Shown one piece after another: positions 13,889-30,351 of a stretch of 64,000 nt of DNA. The first letter of the stretch is position 1. Each line of letters begins with the position of its first letter. A program made the translations under genes and the position numbers. Location: assembly GCF_009914755.1 (NCBI RefSeq), contig NC_060945.1. The stretch is one strand, 5' to 3'. This DNA is from the human T2T-CHM13v2.0 reference genome, Homo sapiens. A model generated the notes under the pieces. The model was given only the letters and a program-made list of their open reading frames with translations. It ran no database searches and was not told the origin of the DNA.

Positions 13889-14075
13889 TTTCTTTCTTTC
13901 CTTCCTTCCTTCCTTCCTTCCTTCCTTCCTTCCTTCCTTCCTTCCTCCCTCCCTCCCTCCTTTCTTTCTTCTTTCTTTCTTCTTTTTCTTTCTCTCATTC
14001 TCTCATTCTCTATGTCTCTATTCTTTCTTTCTTTCTTTTTTCTTTTTCTTTCTCTCATTCTCTATGTCTCTATCT
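13889..14075. repeat. (TTCC)n/(TTTC)n microsatellite with ~60-bp duplicated pyrimidine unit
   Basis: Direct inspection; tctttttctttctctcattctc at 13981 and 14041. Confidence 0.95.
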
Positions 14076-14084
14076 CAGTCTAAG

Positions 14085-14454
14085 GGGATCTTTCGCCACA
14101 AGGAAGGTTTTTTACACCTATGCTGGTTGGACTGGCAGTACCGGAGAGGTAATCATCCCAGAGTGACCCTACATTAATGAGGGAAAAAATTTGGTGAATA
14201 AATACTCTAGCATCCTCAGAAAATAAAGCCACATTTTTACGGCATGTTCTCTTGGTATTTCAGAAAGTTCTCAGCAGAATTGAGCCCCAGTATCCCTTTG
14301 AGATGATATGCTCATGAGTACCTCCTTTGTTGGCTCCTTTCTTCTTCTTTGTGTTTCACTTCCCCACTTCCCTATCACACCCGTGTTCACCAGGATTACC
14401 TTAGAAATACTACTTGTCTCAAGGTCTCCCTTTAGGTTAATCTAGACTAAGACT
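14085..14454 (+). mobile_element. LTR16-like ERVL LTR fragment
   Basis: ttgagccccag...ttccccacttccct...ttgtctcaaggtct...actaagac terminus. Confidence 0.6.
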
Positions 14455-14908
14455 GTACAACGTAAAACAATGCATGTTCCAGGATGTCGTAACTAGTATA
14501 ATTTGAGATGCAACTATATTTGAATAGGATTGATTATTTTGAAATACAAAATACACTATTTGGAAACATTTTGTTTCCATTCATTTATGAATCTATTCAA
14601 TCTTGAAAATACTATAAAACACAAAGGAGCATATTTTAAATCCAGTTTATATATACAAACTAAACAACCATAAAAATAAATCATAAATCTCACAGTATAA
14701 CACTGATACTTCAAAAAAAAAAAAGAAAAATTATCTCTTTATATTGAAAACCTCCAGTCTTATTTGTTATTTACTTAAGGTAGCTAGTCTTAGAATTTTT
14801 GGAGCAATATACGTTGATAAGATTTGAGAAACTTTAAATTGAAATTGATTGCATAAGAATAAGAACAAAGGTAGCAATATATTTGAGTGCACTGAGTGCA
14901 GTACATAT

Positions 14909-15810
14909 TGACAAAAGCTCTCCTAGTCTAAACCCTGGCTGGCATCCTTTCAGCCCAGTTCTCAACTAGTTTTTAACTTTGGCCTGTAAAAAACTACAGA
15001 TTCTCAGCATAAATGATCCATTGCACCAGCTCCCACCCCTGAGAGTCTTAAACACCAGCATAATTTCTAACATCTCAAGGCCGTATACCTAAGACAAAGA
15101 TTGCAGCCCCTTTAAGTTCCTTCCTGGGAAATTTCAGGGTTGCCAAAATAATTTACTGTTTGTTCCAGTCAAAACTTGAAGATAGGGTCCCACTGTTTCC
15201 CAGTCTCTGTCAGAGGATTGGTCCCTAACTTTGGTAAATGCCAGTTAGCGAACCCAGGTGACCTAATCATGTTGTTCAGTCCTTCTTTCTGCTTTTTGTG
15301 AAATTCCACTCCGCTAAGCCCCTGCCTTTCCCCCTCTCTATTTTCTCATTCTCCCTTGAAAATACCTGGTTGCTTCTGCACAAATCCAAGTTGATTTCAG
15401 TTCATGCTGAACCCTCTTCCATATTGGTGTAGTTATTGAATAAAATCTATCATTACCACTTTAAGTAGTGTCTAGTTTTATCTCTTTCTTGTTTATTTGT
15501 TTTTGAGGTGGGGTCTCAGTCTGTCTCCTCGACTGGCGTGCAGTGGAGTGATCTCGGCTCACTGCAACCTCCATATTACAGGCGCAGGTGATTCTCCCAC
15601 CTCAGCCATCTGAGTAGCTGGGATTACAGTTGCGCACCACCATGTACTGCTATTTTTTTTTTTTGTATTTTTAGTAGACACGGGGTTTTGCTATGTTTCC
15701 CAGGCTGGTCTCAAACTCCTGAGCTCAAGCAATCTGCTTTCCTTGGCCTCCCAGAGTGCTGAGATTACAGGCATGAGCCACCATGCCCAGCCTTGGTTAT
15801 ATCATTGACA
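14909..15810 (+). mobile_element. MER67/MER31-like ERV1 solo LTR interrupted by an Alu
   Basis: Starts tgacaaaagctctcc, aataaa near 15439, ends cattgaca; flanks atat/atac. Confidence 0.7.
15485..15792 (-). mobile_element. AluJ-type
   Basis: Reverse-complement Alu with ctcctgagctcaagcaatc. Confidence 0.92.
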
Positions 15811-15867
15811 ATACATCCCTTATGATTTTAAATATGCTACCTTGTCTCAGATTATTATTTATTTGAT

Positions 15868-16510
15868 TTATTCAATTAATATTTATTATACTTACTACAT
15901 ATCAATAATTCTTCAGAGAGCTGGTTACAAACAGGATTCATGTTCTTAATAATGTCATCCCAGTGCAAAAAGAGAAAACAAGTAAGCAAATACAATGTTA
16001 TCACTGTTTATCAAAAATGTTCTTGTAGGAAAGAAAATACAGTTGTCTGTTTGGGTGGTCAAGAAATACTTCTGAGGATGTGGGATTTCACATGTCATGT
16101 AGAAATGAAAATGTGATAGACACGGAATTTGAGGAAATAGTGCTTGGAATACAGAAGTCGGCATCAGCAATTGAAATGAAACTGGACAGGGCCCATATGC
16201 TCTAGGAACTAACAAACAATGGTTTGGCTGGGGCTTGTACAAAGCTATAATAAAAAGAACCAGGTTAAATTCAAGATATATGTATAGACAAGTTGTGCAA
16301 AGACCTTCAGGTTATATAAAAAGGTTTGAATTTCATTCTAAGTGTAATGAGAAATAATTAGAGCATCTTAAGCAGCTGAATAATGTACTCTGATTACATT
16401 TTAAATAGCTAACTCTGGCTCTTTGTAAATACTGAGTTTAGGCAAATGAGAATGGAAGCAGGAAGAACAAGTAGAAGATAACTGAAATAGTCCAGTGTAG
16501 ATGGGAATAC
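15868..16510 (-). mobile_element. L2 3' region
   Basis: ttcaattaatatttatt terminus; tttgaatttcattctaagtgtaatgagaa; tgattacattttaaatag...ctctggct. Confidence 0.75.
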
Positions 16511-17267
16511 ACAGGATCTCTCCCACTCCCAGTACCATAAAGAATGAAGATATAATGTCATCAGTTGAGGGTTACGATAAAATTAACACTGTGTATCTGA
16601 GGTTGAAAATAAATCAGAAGTAGATATCACAGGGATGTCTCTGAAGGACTTTTAGGTAGTCTAGTGGTTGTAATTCTTACTATTTATGGAATGCAGTTCA
16701 CTCACCATTTTATGTATTTGTCATTGCATGATCACATTCCTGTGTGTAAGAGTGACAATTACAATATATATTAATTGGTATGACCTGGGCCACTAATAAT
16801 CACAATAGATGGAGGCTATAAAGAACGATTACAGTCATAGTGGACTATAGTCTTAAAAATTCCCTGTAAACATATAGATTACATTATCATTAAATATAAA
16901 GTAAAAATACTATTACAGGGTTTACTACTATGTAGAACTTATATAGACAATGGTATAGGATATCTGTGTTTGAAATATGTACTTGCAGGAAAGTAAGACC
17001 TCTGTAATTAAGCTAGCAACAATCATGTAATTGATAGCATTAGAATGTGTTTAGTCATACAATATCTGCATATTTTATATAACATTGCCTTTAAGAAATA
17101 TAAACACAAAAATGAATTGATTAATTATATGTTGGTTAATTGGTTTTATTACATTTAAGAGGTTATGTCTATCAAAAGTCACCACTAAGAGACTGAAGGA
17201 CATTGACTAGAAGTCCAATCATAAGACATATATCCAACAAAGAAGACCTATACAGAAGACATAATTA

Positions 17268-18531
<1,264 letters not shown>

Positions 18532-19308
18532 TCAAGAAAGTCACCATATCCATCAGCCCCCAGATTTTTCTCATGAGCCTTTAAAATACTTTCCTCAAAC
18601 TGGTTGATAGACTTCTTAAAAAGTTCTTGCTTGTTTATATATAGTTTTTTAGTTAATTTCAGATAGATTGTATTGTAATTTACAATTGCAATTTTTGATT
18701 TGGAAATTTCTCCTTGAAGCACAAACAGTTTTAATTTATGTATTTCTGAAATTCTGTTATTAGGTAGTACATATTTAGAGTAATTATGTCTTCTTGAAGA
18801 ACTGACTCCTTGATCAATATGGAAGGGTTTTCCTTATCATTAGTACTAAGATATTTTCTGAAATCTATTTATCTGATATTAATATATGCAGCATTCTTTT
18901 GATTAGTTTTATCATGGTAACATTTCCTATGCTATTGTTTTTAATCTATTTTGGTTTTATATTTAAATTGAGTTTTTGTAGGAAGCATTAAGTTATTATT
19001 TTCTTATTTGATCTTTCAATCTGGCAATTTAATTGTCATGTTTAGAGCACATATATTTAATATGATTATTGGTATAGTGTTTGAAATCTATCATCTTGAT
19101 ACTTATTTTAAAGTGATTCCTTATGTTCTTTCTTTCCTTTTACCTTTTTCCACTGTACTTTTTTTTTTTTTTTCGGCTTACTTGAGTATTTGTTTCAGAT
19201 TCTATTTTATCCCTGTTACTGGCCTATTACTTTAACCCTTACTTCTGTTATTTTAGTTGTTGCTTTACGGTTTATAACAAACATCATTACTTATAAAACT
19301 TAACTCTC

Positions 19309-19598
<290 letters not shown>

Positions 19599-19624
19599 TC
19601 AACTCTCATTTAATATGTTGCCAC

Positions 19625-19939
<315 letters not shown>

Positions 19940-20226
19940 TAGCATAAGACTCTTAAAATAGTATGCTTCTGTTTACCTCTTATCAGGCTCTGTGCTATAA
20001 AAATTTGTTTATACACATTTTATTTTTCCTATATTATAAAGTTCAGACTACATTGGTATATGTTTTGTTTAAAATGTCAGTTGTTCTTTTTAATATTCAA
20101 ATAATAAGAAATAATCTTACATAGTTACCAACTGTTACCATGTTATTACTCTTAATTCATTTTTTTCCTTTAATATTTCCATCTAGTTTCATTTTCTGTC
20201 ATTTTAAGGGGTTCCTTTTCATTTCT

Positions 20227-20658
20227 GGTGATGGTTAATAATGAGTGTCAAATTTATTGGACTGAAGGATGAAAAGGATGAAAATTGATCCTTGGTGTGT
20301 CTGTGAGGGTGTTGCCAAAAGAGGTTAACATTTGATTCAGTGGGCCAGGAAAGGCAGACTCACCATAATCTGGGTGGGCACCATCTAATCAACTGACGGT
20401 GAGGCCTGAATATAAAGAGGGAAGAAAACATGAAAAGGCTAGACTGGCCTAGCCTCCCAGCCTACATCTTTCTCCCATGCTGGATGCTTCCTGCCCTCGA
20501 ACATCAGACTCCAAGTTCTTTAGTGTTGGGACTCGGACTGGCTTCCTTGCTCTTCAGCTTGCAGATGGCCTATTGTGGGACCTTGTGATCAGGATTTGTT
20601 CTAGAGAAATGGAATATTAAGGATGGAATTCTTTCATTGGTTTTGGGGTTTCTGGAGT
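20227..20658 (+). mobile_element. MLT2A LTR (3' part deleted) plus ~70 bp of HERVL internal leader
   Basis: gtgatggttaataatgagtgtcaa...gtgtctgtgagggtgttgcca...ccttgtgatc, then ttctagagaaatggaatattaaggatggaattctttcattggttttggggtttctggag. Confidence 0.85.
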
Positions 20659-21541
20659 GGCTGGGACGCAGGGCACTAAGTCCCTAGACTGCACACATCA
20701 CAGGGACCCTGGGCCTGGCCCATAAAACCACTTTTTTCTCCTAAACCTCTGGGCCTGTGATGGGAGGGGCTGCCACAAAGGTCTCTGATGTGCCCTGGAG
20801 ACATTTCCCCCATTGTCTTAGTGACTAACATTTGGCTCCTCCTTACTGATGCAAATTTCTGCAGCTGGCTTGTATTTCTCCTCAGAAAATGATATTTTCT
20901 TTTCTATTGCATTGTCAGATTGCAAATTTTCTGAACTTTCATGCTCTGTTTCCCTTTTAAAACTGAATGCGTTTAACAGCACCCAAGCCTTCCACCAGAA
21001 ACCCTAAATCATCTCTCTCAAGTTCAAAGTTCCACAAATCTCCAGAGCAGGGCAAAATGCTGCCAGTCTCTTTGCTAAAATACAACAAGAGTCACCTTTG
21101 CTCTAGTTCCCAACAAGTTCCTCATCTCCATCTGAGACCACTTCAGCCTGAACTTCATTGTCCATTTCATTATCAGCATTTTTATCAAAGCCATTCAACA
21201 AGTCTCTAGAGAGTTCCAAACTTCCCCTCATTTTCCTTCTTCTTCTGAGCCCTCCAAACTGTTCCAAACTCTACCTGTTACCCAGTTCCAAAGTTGCTTC
21301 CACATTTTCAGGTATCTTTTCAGCAGCACCCCACTCTACTTGTACTAATTCACTGTATTAGTTCGTTTTCACACTGCTGATAAAGACATACCCAAAACTG
21401 GGCAATTTACAAAAAAAAGAGGTTTAATGGACTTACAGTTCCCAGTGGCTTGGGAGGCTTTACAATCATGGCGGAAGGTGAAAGGCATGTCTCACATGGC
21501 AGTAGACAAGAGAAGAGAGCTTGTGCAGGGAAGCTCCCATT
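20652..21541 (-). mobile_element. Partial THE1: internal 20652-21353 plus truncated LTR 21354-21541
   Basis: Reverse-complement similar to ~10060-10967 of the THE1 in this window; tgtattagttcgttttcacactgctgataaagac. Confidence 0.9.
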
Positions 21542-24337
21542 TAAAAAAAAATTCTCCATTTATTTAATGTGTTTAACCATTTATCTGGATTTTTGAAACT
21601 ATGCACTAAAATTATAATAATGTAATTCATGTAGTTGTATTCTAATTCTAGCATCTGTGTCATATGCAGTTTGGTTTCAACTGGATTATTTTTCTCTATA
21701 TTTTCCTTCTTTGATTGTCCAGATAGTGTTTCTTAGATGTCAGAGCTTGTGAATTTTGCCTTGTTACTTGCCCAATATATTTGTATTTCCATACATATTA
21801 AATTTTATTCATGGATACAATTAATTTATTTGGGAATAGTTTAATCCTTTGGGGCTTTGCCTTTAAGATTTGTTAGGTATAAACAGGGAAGTGTTTAATC
21901 TGTAGCATGTTATTACAAATACCTGAGGCAAGAACCTTCCGAGTACTGTAACCATACTCTGTGAATTACAGTGTTTTTCAGCTGGTTGATGTAAATAGGA
22001 TATTTCCATCCATATATGAGCATCTGATCCTGTTTTTTCTCCTCTTTTCACCTGCTTCTTTCCTCTGGTATTTTCTTTAAGCACATGTGCCAATCAGTAC
22101 TCTACTGAACACTAAAGGAAAACTCTGTGGTCTTCTTGAGTTTTTTAGCCGTACAGGTCTTTCCTCTCTACTATTCTGTCTTTGGAACTCTTGGTGAGTA
22201 GGATTGCCTAACTCTCAGCTCTGCCTTCACAGTTCAGGGCTTATCTGGGGTCTGCCTGATTTTCCCCCTCCATGAACTACAAAGTGGAAACCCTTTCCAG
22301 GTGGTTAAATGAAATAATTTAGGGTTCAACTTGTTCATTTCTACCTCTCAAATATCGCACCTGTTGTTTAAATGTCCAAAACTATTATTTTATGTATTTT
22401 CTCAGTTTATTTTGTTTTTGTTTTCCATCTGGGAAAGTAAATTGGGTGGCCTCCTTCTTATCTTAGCCAAAGGTGGAAATTCCTATGACATTGTGTCTTG
22501 ACACTAAAAACAAAATTGTGAATTAGTAGTAGAGAATCTTCTAACTAATATGAGATAACATACTGCTGACCTGAGTTGTATTGTGAGAACAGATGTGTAA
22601 GAATAGGAAATCTCTTTGATCATGTTTGGATTGTAGGTAGAAAACTTAGATCAAGTGAAATTGTTAAATATGCGATGGAGCCTGATATTCACCATAGCAC
22701 ACAATAAAGATGAAACAAGTTTGTAAAAATGTGAAACACTTCAGTCCAGTTGGCAAATAGCTGCTTCATCAATCTTCCCCCAAATCTCCAGCTGACCTAG
22801 CTACTGAGCCTCTCTCCCCTTACCTCCCCAACTTCAGATTCTAACAAGGTTAACCTTGCATAACAGGTATTCCAGGAAGCTGCTTTTTCTCTCTGCCTGG
22901 GACCAGGAACCTTTCCAAATTATGATGATTGTACCATACTTAATGTTAAATAGTTTCCTATGGCCCCCATGATGATGCTTTTTGTGTTATTTTATTCTCA
23001 AACTCCTGGAGTAACTCTTTATTTAAATACTTCTTTAATACTTTAAATAAAGTAGTATTTAAATAAAGACAGTTTATCTGAATTCTTCATTTAAATACTT
23101 CTTTCTTTAGAAAACCAAGCATTTCTAATAAGCCTTTCTATTGAGTTTAACTGTCCTCCAGATTTTACTATTTAGCCTGTTTCCTGAGTCCTGTGTTGTG
23201 GTGACACGTTCAATTGTTCATGAAATCCAGCCTGACTGAAAATGCAATCTGTTTTCTCAGTTAGAAAACTATAAAGAACAAGAGATCCCATGTTAATAGT
23301 GTAGGGTCAAACTTTAACATGATGAATAAAGTTAGGGAAATAAATAGTAAACCAGTTAAAATTCATTTTGGAGCTCTATTATTTTCACTTCTTCATTTGT
23401 TTTTCTACTTTTCTCTAACTTTTCTGTCCCTTTATTTCCCATTTTAAGAAAGATAAGTTTCAGATATTTTTATTCACTTACTAAATATTACTGTGCTGGC
23501 AGCAGCTTAATATTACATGTCTTTAAGAAATAGTTGCATTTTAATAGTAGTTCTTAGAAATCAGAAATTTTATTGGGCCCATATAAATTAATTGAAAGTT
23601 GCATTCCAAGAACAGTGAGAAACAATGAGCAAGGTGTTTAAAAACTCATTCTTGGACATATATCTTAAATTATTTTACTTAGATGCAGAAAAAGAATTCC
23701 ACTTAATTCCAGGGAAGTATACAGCACTAGAAATCTCTTTCTGGAAGACAAAATTCAATCTATGAGGTTATTGCATGTTATTAATAAACATAAATCTCTA
23801 TATAACACAGATATCCAAAAGCATTAAAACTTCATGAAGCTTAATCACAACTGTGATAATGTTACTTAAAGTGTTATATTTATTTTATCAATATATCCAA
23901 ATATACTGTATATTTGATTTTTTGTTTATTTTGCTTTTGTTTTACAGTTTGGAATTACCATTGAAGTTTACCTGATGGGTTTGTTTTTCTCAAATTACAA
24001 CATGTCAAATTGCTTTTACTATTATCAATTAATTAATAAATCAATACTTTGCATGAGAAGAAATAACTGAATAAGAAGATATTCAAAAGCCACTATAAGT
24101 TACGTCAACATTTTTCATGTTTTCAGTTAATTTAATTTTGACCTTCAAATTGCAAGGAAAATTCCACTGAAGTTTTGAAATTTGAAATTAAACTAGTAAA
24201 ACCCAGCATATTTTGCATTTGTTGGATTCTTAAAACTATGTGTCCTTTGAAAGTGTAAATTCAACACAGCGTTTGAAGTTTCAGACATTTTTGTAGTCAT
24301 TTCAAACATATTGTCGACCATATAAAAGGTTATGCTT

Positions 24338-24405
24338 TGCCCTTAGTCCATGCACAGAGAATTCTGATTGATGTCAATGGGAGCCATGTGCAAAGTTTGC
24401 GGGCA
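24338..24405. other. Degenerate palindrome, candidate ancient amniote MITE-like element
   Basis: TGCCC-N8-TGCACA-N10-ATTGA-TG-TCAAT-N8-TGTGCA-N8-GGGCA. Confidence 0.5.
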
Positions 24406-25425
24406 CTGTAGTTTGAAACTTTATGGTGTTTTCAGAATATCTTTGAAGTCTAGTTTCTGTGAAAAATATAAAGTTTAAAGAGTAGCTCTTCAGGGCTTAT
24501 TCTTATCCACAGAGAACATGTTTAGATTGCCTGTTTTAAATGCCGAGCTAAGCTGAAATTTCAAAAATCTAGTATGCGTTTGGAGTGGTTGATTACAAGA
24601 GAATTATTCAATTGAGTTCAATTGCTAGACTTGGAGACAATGGTGGCAAATCTATGTTGGTAATCTATCTTTTTATACATTTGATTCTGCTACAATAGTG
24701 AAAGGTATAAATTGCTGTTCAATTTAATGCTAAAATTAACTATATTGCTACCATTAATTTTTTATTTAAGTATCTTCAACAAAGCAAGTAGAATCACTTT
24801 TGCATTGACAAATTCAATAGCGTTTGATTTTTGCATTATTACTGAGGAAAGATATTAATTGGTAACAATGCTCTATTATTAATTAAAGTTTATTTTTGCA
24901 AATATGTTCCAATGAAAAGTATTTAAGGCTAAGTTAAGGAAGGATAATTTAAACCAATTTCCTAAAATTCATAATATTTTCTTAGGCTTGCAGACTGTGG
25001 AATAAAATGCATATTATATAGAAAAAATTTTATCAGAAAGAAATTATTATGTTATAAAAGTTATTCAACATATTTTTCTATTTAAAGACACAACTGTCAT
25101 TTTCAAAATCAAATTCACTAAAAGGTATTATGTTTTCTAAAGACCACGGTTTCCATTTTGCAGTATAATTAATTTGTGCTTAAAATTAATGAAATCTGTG
25201 AGTTTTTTCTAAAGCATTCTTTATAGTTCTGGTACCTAAGAATAATTTGCACAATGCAGGCTTAATGTCCTTGATAGGTCATCCTACATGAGCCTAATAA
25301 TCCATCTCACTGTAACTGGAAGAAAGTGCTAAAGCAACACTCAAGAAAAGAGATTCATTTGGATGAAAACGAAAGCACAGGAAATAAACATTCAGCTAGG
25401 AAATAAACATCATGGTGGGGTTTTA

Positions 25426-26895
<1,470 letters not shown>

Positions 26896-27100
26896 AGATT
26901 TGACTAGAATTCCCTTTTAAGACAACTTAACAACATAAAACAGGGAGAAGTTTAAAAAATAAAAATACAATAAAGATATATTTGGGTTACTTTTCACTGT
27001 TGTATACCATAGAAAATCAGATTTTCTGCTGTCTCAACAATACTTTCAATCGGTTATTGATAACTGAGTAAATAATTGCTGTACAAGACTGTCGATCTCA

Positions 27101-27220
27101 GGCTGGGCATGGTGGCTTATGGCTGTAATCCAGCACTTTGTTAGGCCAAGGTGGGAGCATCACTGAGGCCAAGAGTTCAAGACCAGCCTGGGCAATATAG
27201 CAAGATCCTCTATATTAAAA
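27101..27220 (+). mobile_element. FLAM / Alu left monomer
   Basis: ggctgggcatggtggct...gaccagcctgggcaatatagcaaga, single arm. Confidence 0.85.
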
Positions 27221-27899
27221 GATCACAAATCTTTATTTTCTTCAATGCAGACTCTCTACTGCAGACTCTCTACGTAGCCATTTGTACACCACGTATTTCC
27301 AGATAATCAGTCTGTCTTCACTCCCATTATCCAATTACTTCCATAGTATACATTTCCAGGGGAGATAGTTTCCTCAACTCATGAGAATTTTGAATTATAT
27401 CAACTCCTAAGACCATGAGAATCTATTCTCCCACAGTAACTCCTCATAAAGGTATTCTTTTATATCCCCTTTTTCGAGATACCAATGAACGTATCTTCAA
27501 TTTCGTGTATTTTTTTTCTTTAAATCATTTAGAGCCATTGACTTCAAGCTACCTTTTTTTTCTGCTCTATAAACATTATCAGAATCAAGAAAGTACAACA
27601 TCCTGGCTATATTCTTATAATTTAAGGAGTACTGGGAAAAACAGAGAGAATAACAAACATTTTTGTCTCAAATAATCCGTACAAAGAAAAGCAAAGTGAT
27701 GGATCCAATTCAGATACAGAGAAAAAGCTAACCCTTTGAATTAAAAAATTTCCAGTCTCATGTTTTGTTAATAACAAGAGTTACATCAGAAAGTGAAAAG
27801 TGAATTTGAGAATAAAATTTGAAAGCACTACACATAAAAATTAGGTACCAGTGAAAACAGTAGTGAACAACTATTGTGATGTACTATTATTTCATCACA

Positions 27900-28185
27900 T
27901 TTTTTTTTTTGAGACAGGGTCTCACTCTGTGGCCTAGGCTGGAGTGCAATGGTGTAATCATGGCTCACTGCAGCCTCAACTTCCTAGACTCAAGGTGATT
28001 CTCCCAGCTCACTCTCCCAAGTAGCTGGGACCACAAGCACATGCCCACCTAATTTTTTGTATTTTAATAGACACAGGGTTTTGCCATGTTGCCCAGGCTG
28101 GTTTTGAACTCCTGGACTCAAGCAATCTGTCCCCCTCGGCCTCCCAAAATGCCAGGATTACAGATAAGAGCCACCACTCCAGGCC
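27900..28185 (-). mobile_element. AluJ-type
   Basis: atcatggctcactgcagcctcaac; TSD tcatcacattttt on both sides. Confidence 0.92.
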
Positions 28186-28331
28186 TCATCACATTTTTAA
28201 TTGCGTACACAGTAGTGATACTCCCTCACCCTCAATTCTGTTTTTTTTCATTTTTATAAAATACGCAACTACACACACCAGAGACTATCTTAACAAACAC
28301 ATTTCTGGCCTGTGTTGTCACATAGAGTAAG

Positions 28332-28701
28332 TGCAATAGTTTGAATGTCATCACCAAAATTCTTGTTGAAATTAATTGTCAATGCAACAGTATTGGGAGG
28401 TAGGGCCTTTATGAGGTGATTAATGATTTATGCCATGAACGCATTAATTATCACTAGAGTAGGTCAGTTATTGTGAGATTGGGTTAGTTATAAAAATGTG
28501 TTCCATCTGATTTTTTTTCTTTCCATCTCACATGCTCACTTCTGCCTTCTACTCTTCTCCCGTAAGATAACCTTGCCTGATATCATTGCCATCTCTTTAA
28601 CTTCCAGTCTCTAGAACCATGAGCTGAATAAACTTCTTCTTCATTAAATAAATTACTCAGTCTTTGGTATTCTGTCATAGCAACAGAAAACAAACTAGTA
28701 T
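28332..28701 (+). mobile_element. MaLR solo LTR (MSTC/MSTD-like)
   Basis: tgcaatagtttgaatgt...aataaactt...taaattactcagtct...tagcaacagaaaacaaacta. Confidence 0.8.
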
Positions 28702-28788
28702 ATTAAGAATACCATGAATGGTAGCATAATCTGGATCAATATTATCCAAAGTAAGTAAGGTCAAGTCAGGTTAAAAGTACCATAGGAC

Positions 28789-29342
28789 TGTGGAAATAAA
28801 CAAAGACCAACCAAATGACAATAAGTAAAGACTATGTATTTGAATCTTGCCGTACAAAGTGAGTCAGCCACAGCCACTTGCATTTTGGTAAAGACTCAAC
28901 ATCAAGCAGAGGAATGGCAAAGCTTCATAGTGGAAACATGAAGGCCTTCCCTGATTGGAGACTATTAGCATGAAAGAGCTGTGAGTGGGGTAATTAGAAG
29001 CCAGACATTATTTGTGATTGATTAGGGGTACATAGTTGCCTTTCCCTATCTCTCAAGTTGCTTTGGTCATACATTGAAAATGGGGACAAAAATTTAGAAA
29101 ATTGTCAAGTCCTGGCCATTTTGGGTACAGAAGTTATGGTTTAGCTTTCTGGACCAGTAACTAGAGATAACAGTAAGACTACAGTTCTGATTTATAGATA
29201 GCAGACCATCTTCCTGGGTTGCTTTCTGTAGACAATGGGTTGGTCCCTTGGGCAGATTCCTGCCCAGATTGTGGACCAGAGTTAGTTCTATTTTTAAATA
29301 TGGTGCCTAGCCATTGTCTGTTTCTATATCCACTCTCCCTAG
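28789..29342 (-). mobile_element. MER92/MER89-like ERV1 solo LTR
   Basis: ttgtggaccagagttagttctatttttaaatatgg...gccattgtc resembles the reverse complement of an LTR start. Confidence 0.55.
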
Positions 29343-29539
29343 ATATTGACATTAGTGGTTCTGTCTTGTGCTTTCCTGGTTCTATAATGCTTACAATAAA
29401 ACATTGTGTTTTTAAAGAGAGAGAAAGCTTGTCACTCATTCATTCTGCCAGTATATTTGAGGAAGTATTATTTTCTATACAAAAATCTAGGTTTCTGTTA
29501 CAAACATTACTAAGAGAGTCAACCTAGCCTCTTGACTAA

Positions 29540-29730
29540 GTACATGGTTCCAGGTCCAGATTGTCACTCCCTGAGTGATCTTCAAAAATTCATGTAACAT
29601 CCAGTCCCACAGGTTTTTCATTGAATAAATGGGGTGATCAGTAGCTACTTCACAGTGTTGTCAAGAAGTAAACAAATTAATACCTCAAAGCCTTCAGAAT
29701 GTTGTACAGCACATTAGAAGTGCTCTTATT
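29540..29730 (+). mobile_element. MIR
   Basis: taaatggggtgatcagtagctacttcacagtgttgtcaagaagtaaa...gcacattagaagtgctc. Confidence 0.65.
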
Positions 29731-29888
29731 ATTTAGAAAAGATGGTGTATAGCTTAGAGGAATGGATCCTAGAATGGGAGTAAAGAACTTTTTGCCACAG
29801 TAACCATAACTTTGTCCCTCTGAAAAAAAATGACAATGATCACAGGATTGGCTTCATAATAAATATAAAAATCTATAGTTTCTCAGGG

Positions 29889-30178
29889 GCATACATGTAA
29901 TACCAGCATTGTGGGAGGCTGAGGCAGGCAGATTCTTGAGCCAAGGAGTTTGAGACAAGCCTGGGCAACATGGCAAAACCTTGTCTCCACAAAAAAGTAC
30001 AAAAATTGGCCAGGTGTGGTGGTACATGCCCGTAGTCTCACCTATTTGGGATGCTGAGGTGGGAAGATCACTTGAACCTGGGAGGTTGAGGCTTCAGTGA
30101 GCTGTAATCACACCACTGTACTCCAGTCTGGGCAACAGAGCTAGACTTTGTCTAAGAATAATAAAAGATAAAATAAAA
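29889..30178 (+). mobile_element. AluJb-like, 5' truncated
   Basis: ttgagccaaggagtttgagacaagcctgggcaac; flanking tttctcaggg on both sides. Confidence 0.9.
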
Positions 30179-30184
30179 TTTCTC

Positions 30185-30351
30185 AGGGAGTGTGTGGGAG
30201 GGAGGGGAGGGATGAAAAATTACTTATTTTATACAATGTACACCATTCAGATGATGGGTACTCTGAAAGTCCAGACTTTATCACTATACAATTAATCCAT
30301 TTAAGCAAAAACCAGTTGTACCTCTAAAGCTATTGAAGTAAAAAAAAAAAA
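30185..30351 (+). mobile_element. L1PB-type 3' end
   Basis: gagggatgaaaaattac...ttgtacctctaaagctattgaa followed by polyA. Confidence 0.8.

Noticed and set aside
23289-23321. Small hairpin catgttaatagt...actttaacatg
   Set aside because: An 11-bp AT-rich bulged stem is expected by chance in 64 kb of AT-rich DNA
24319-24329. CArG/SRF box (ccatataaaagg)
   Set aside because: Eight A/T bases lie between CC and GG; SRF requires six
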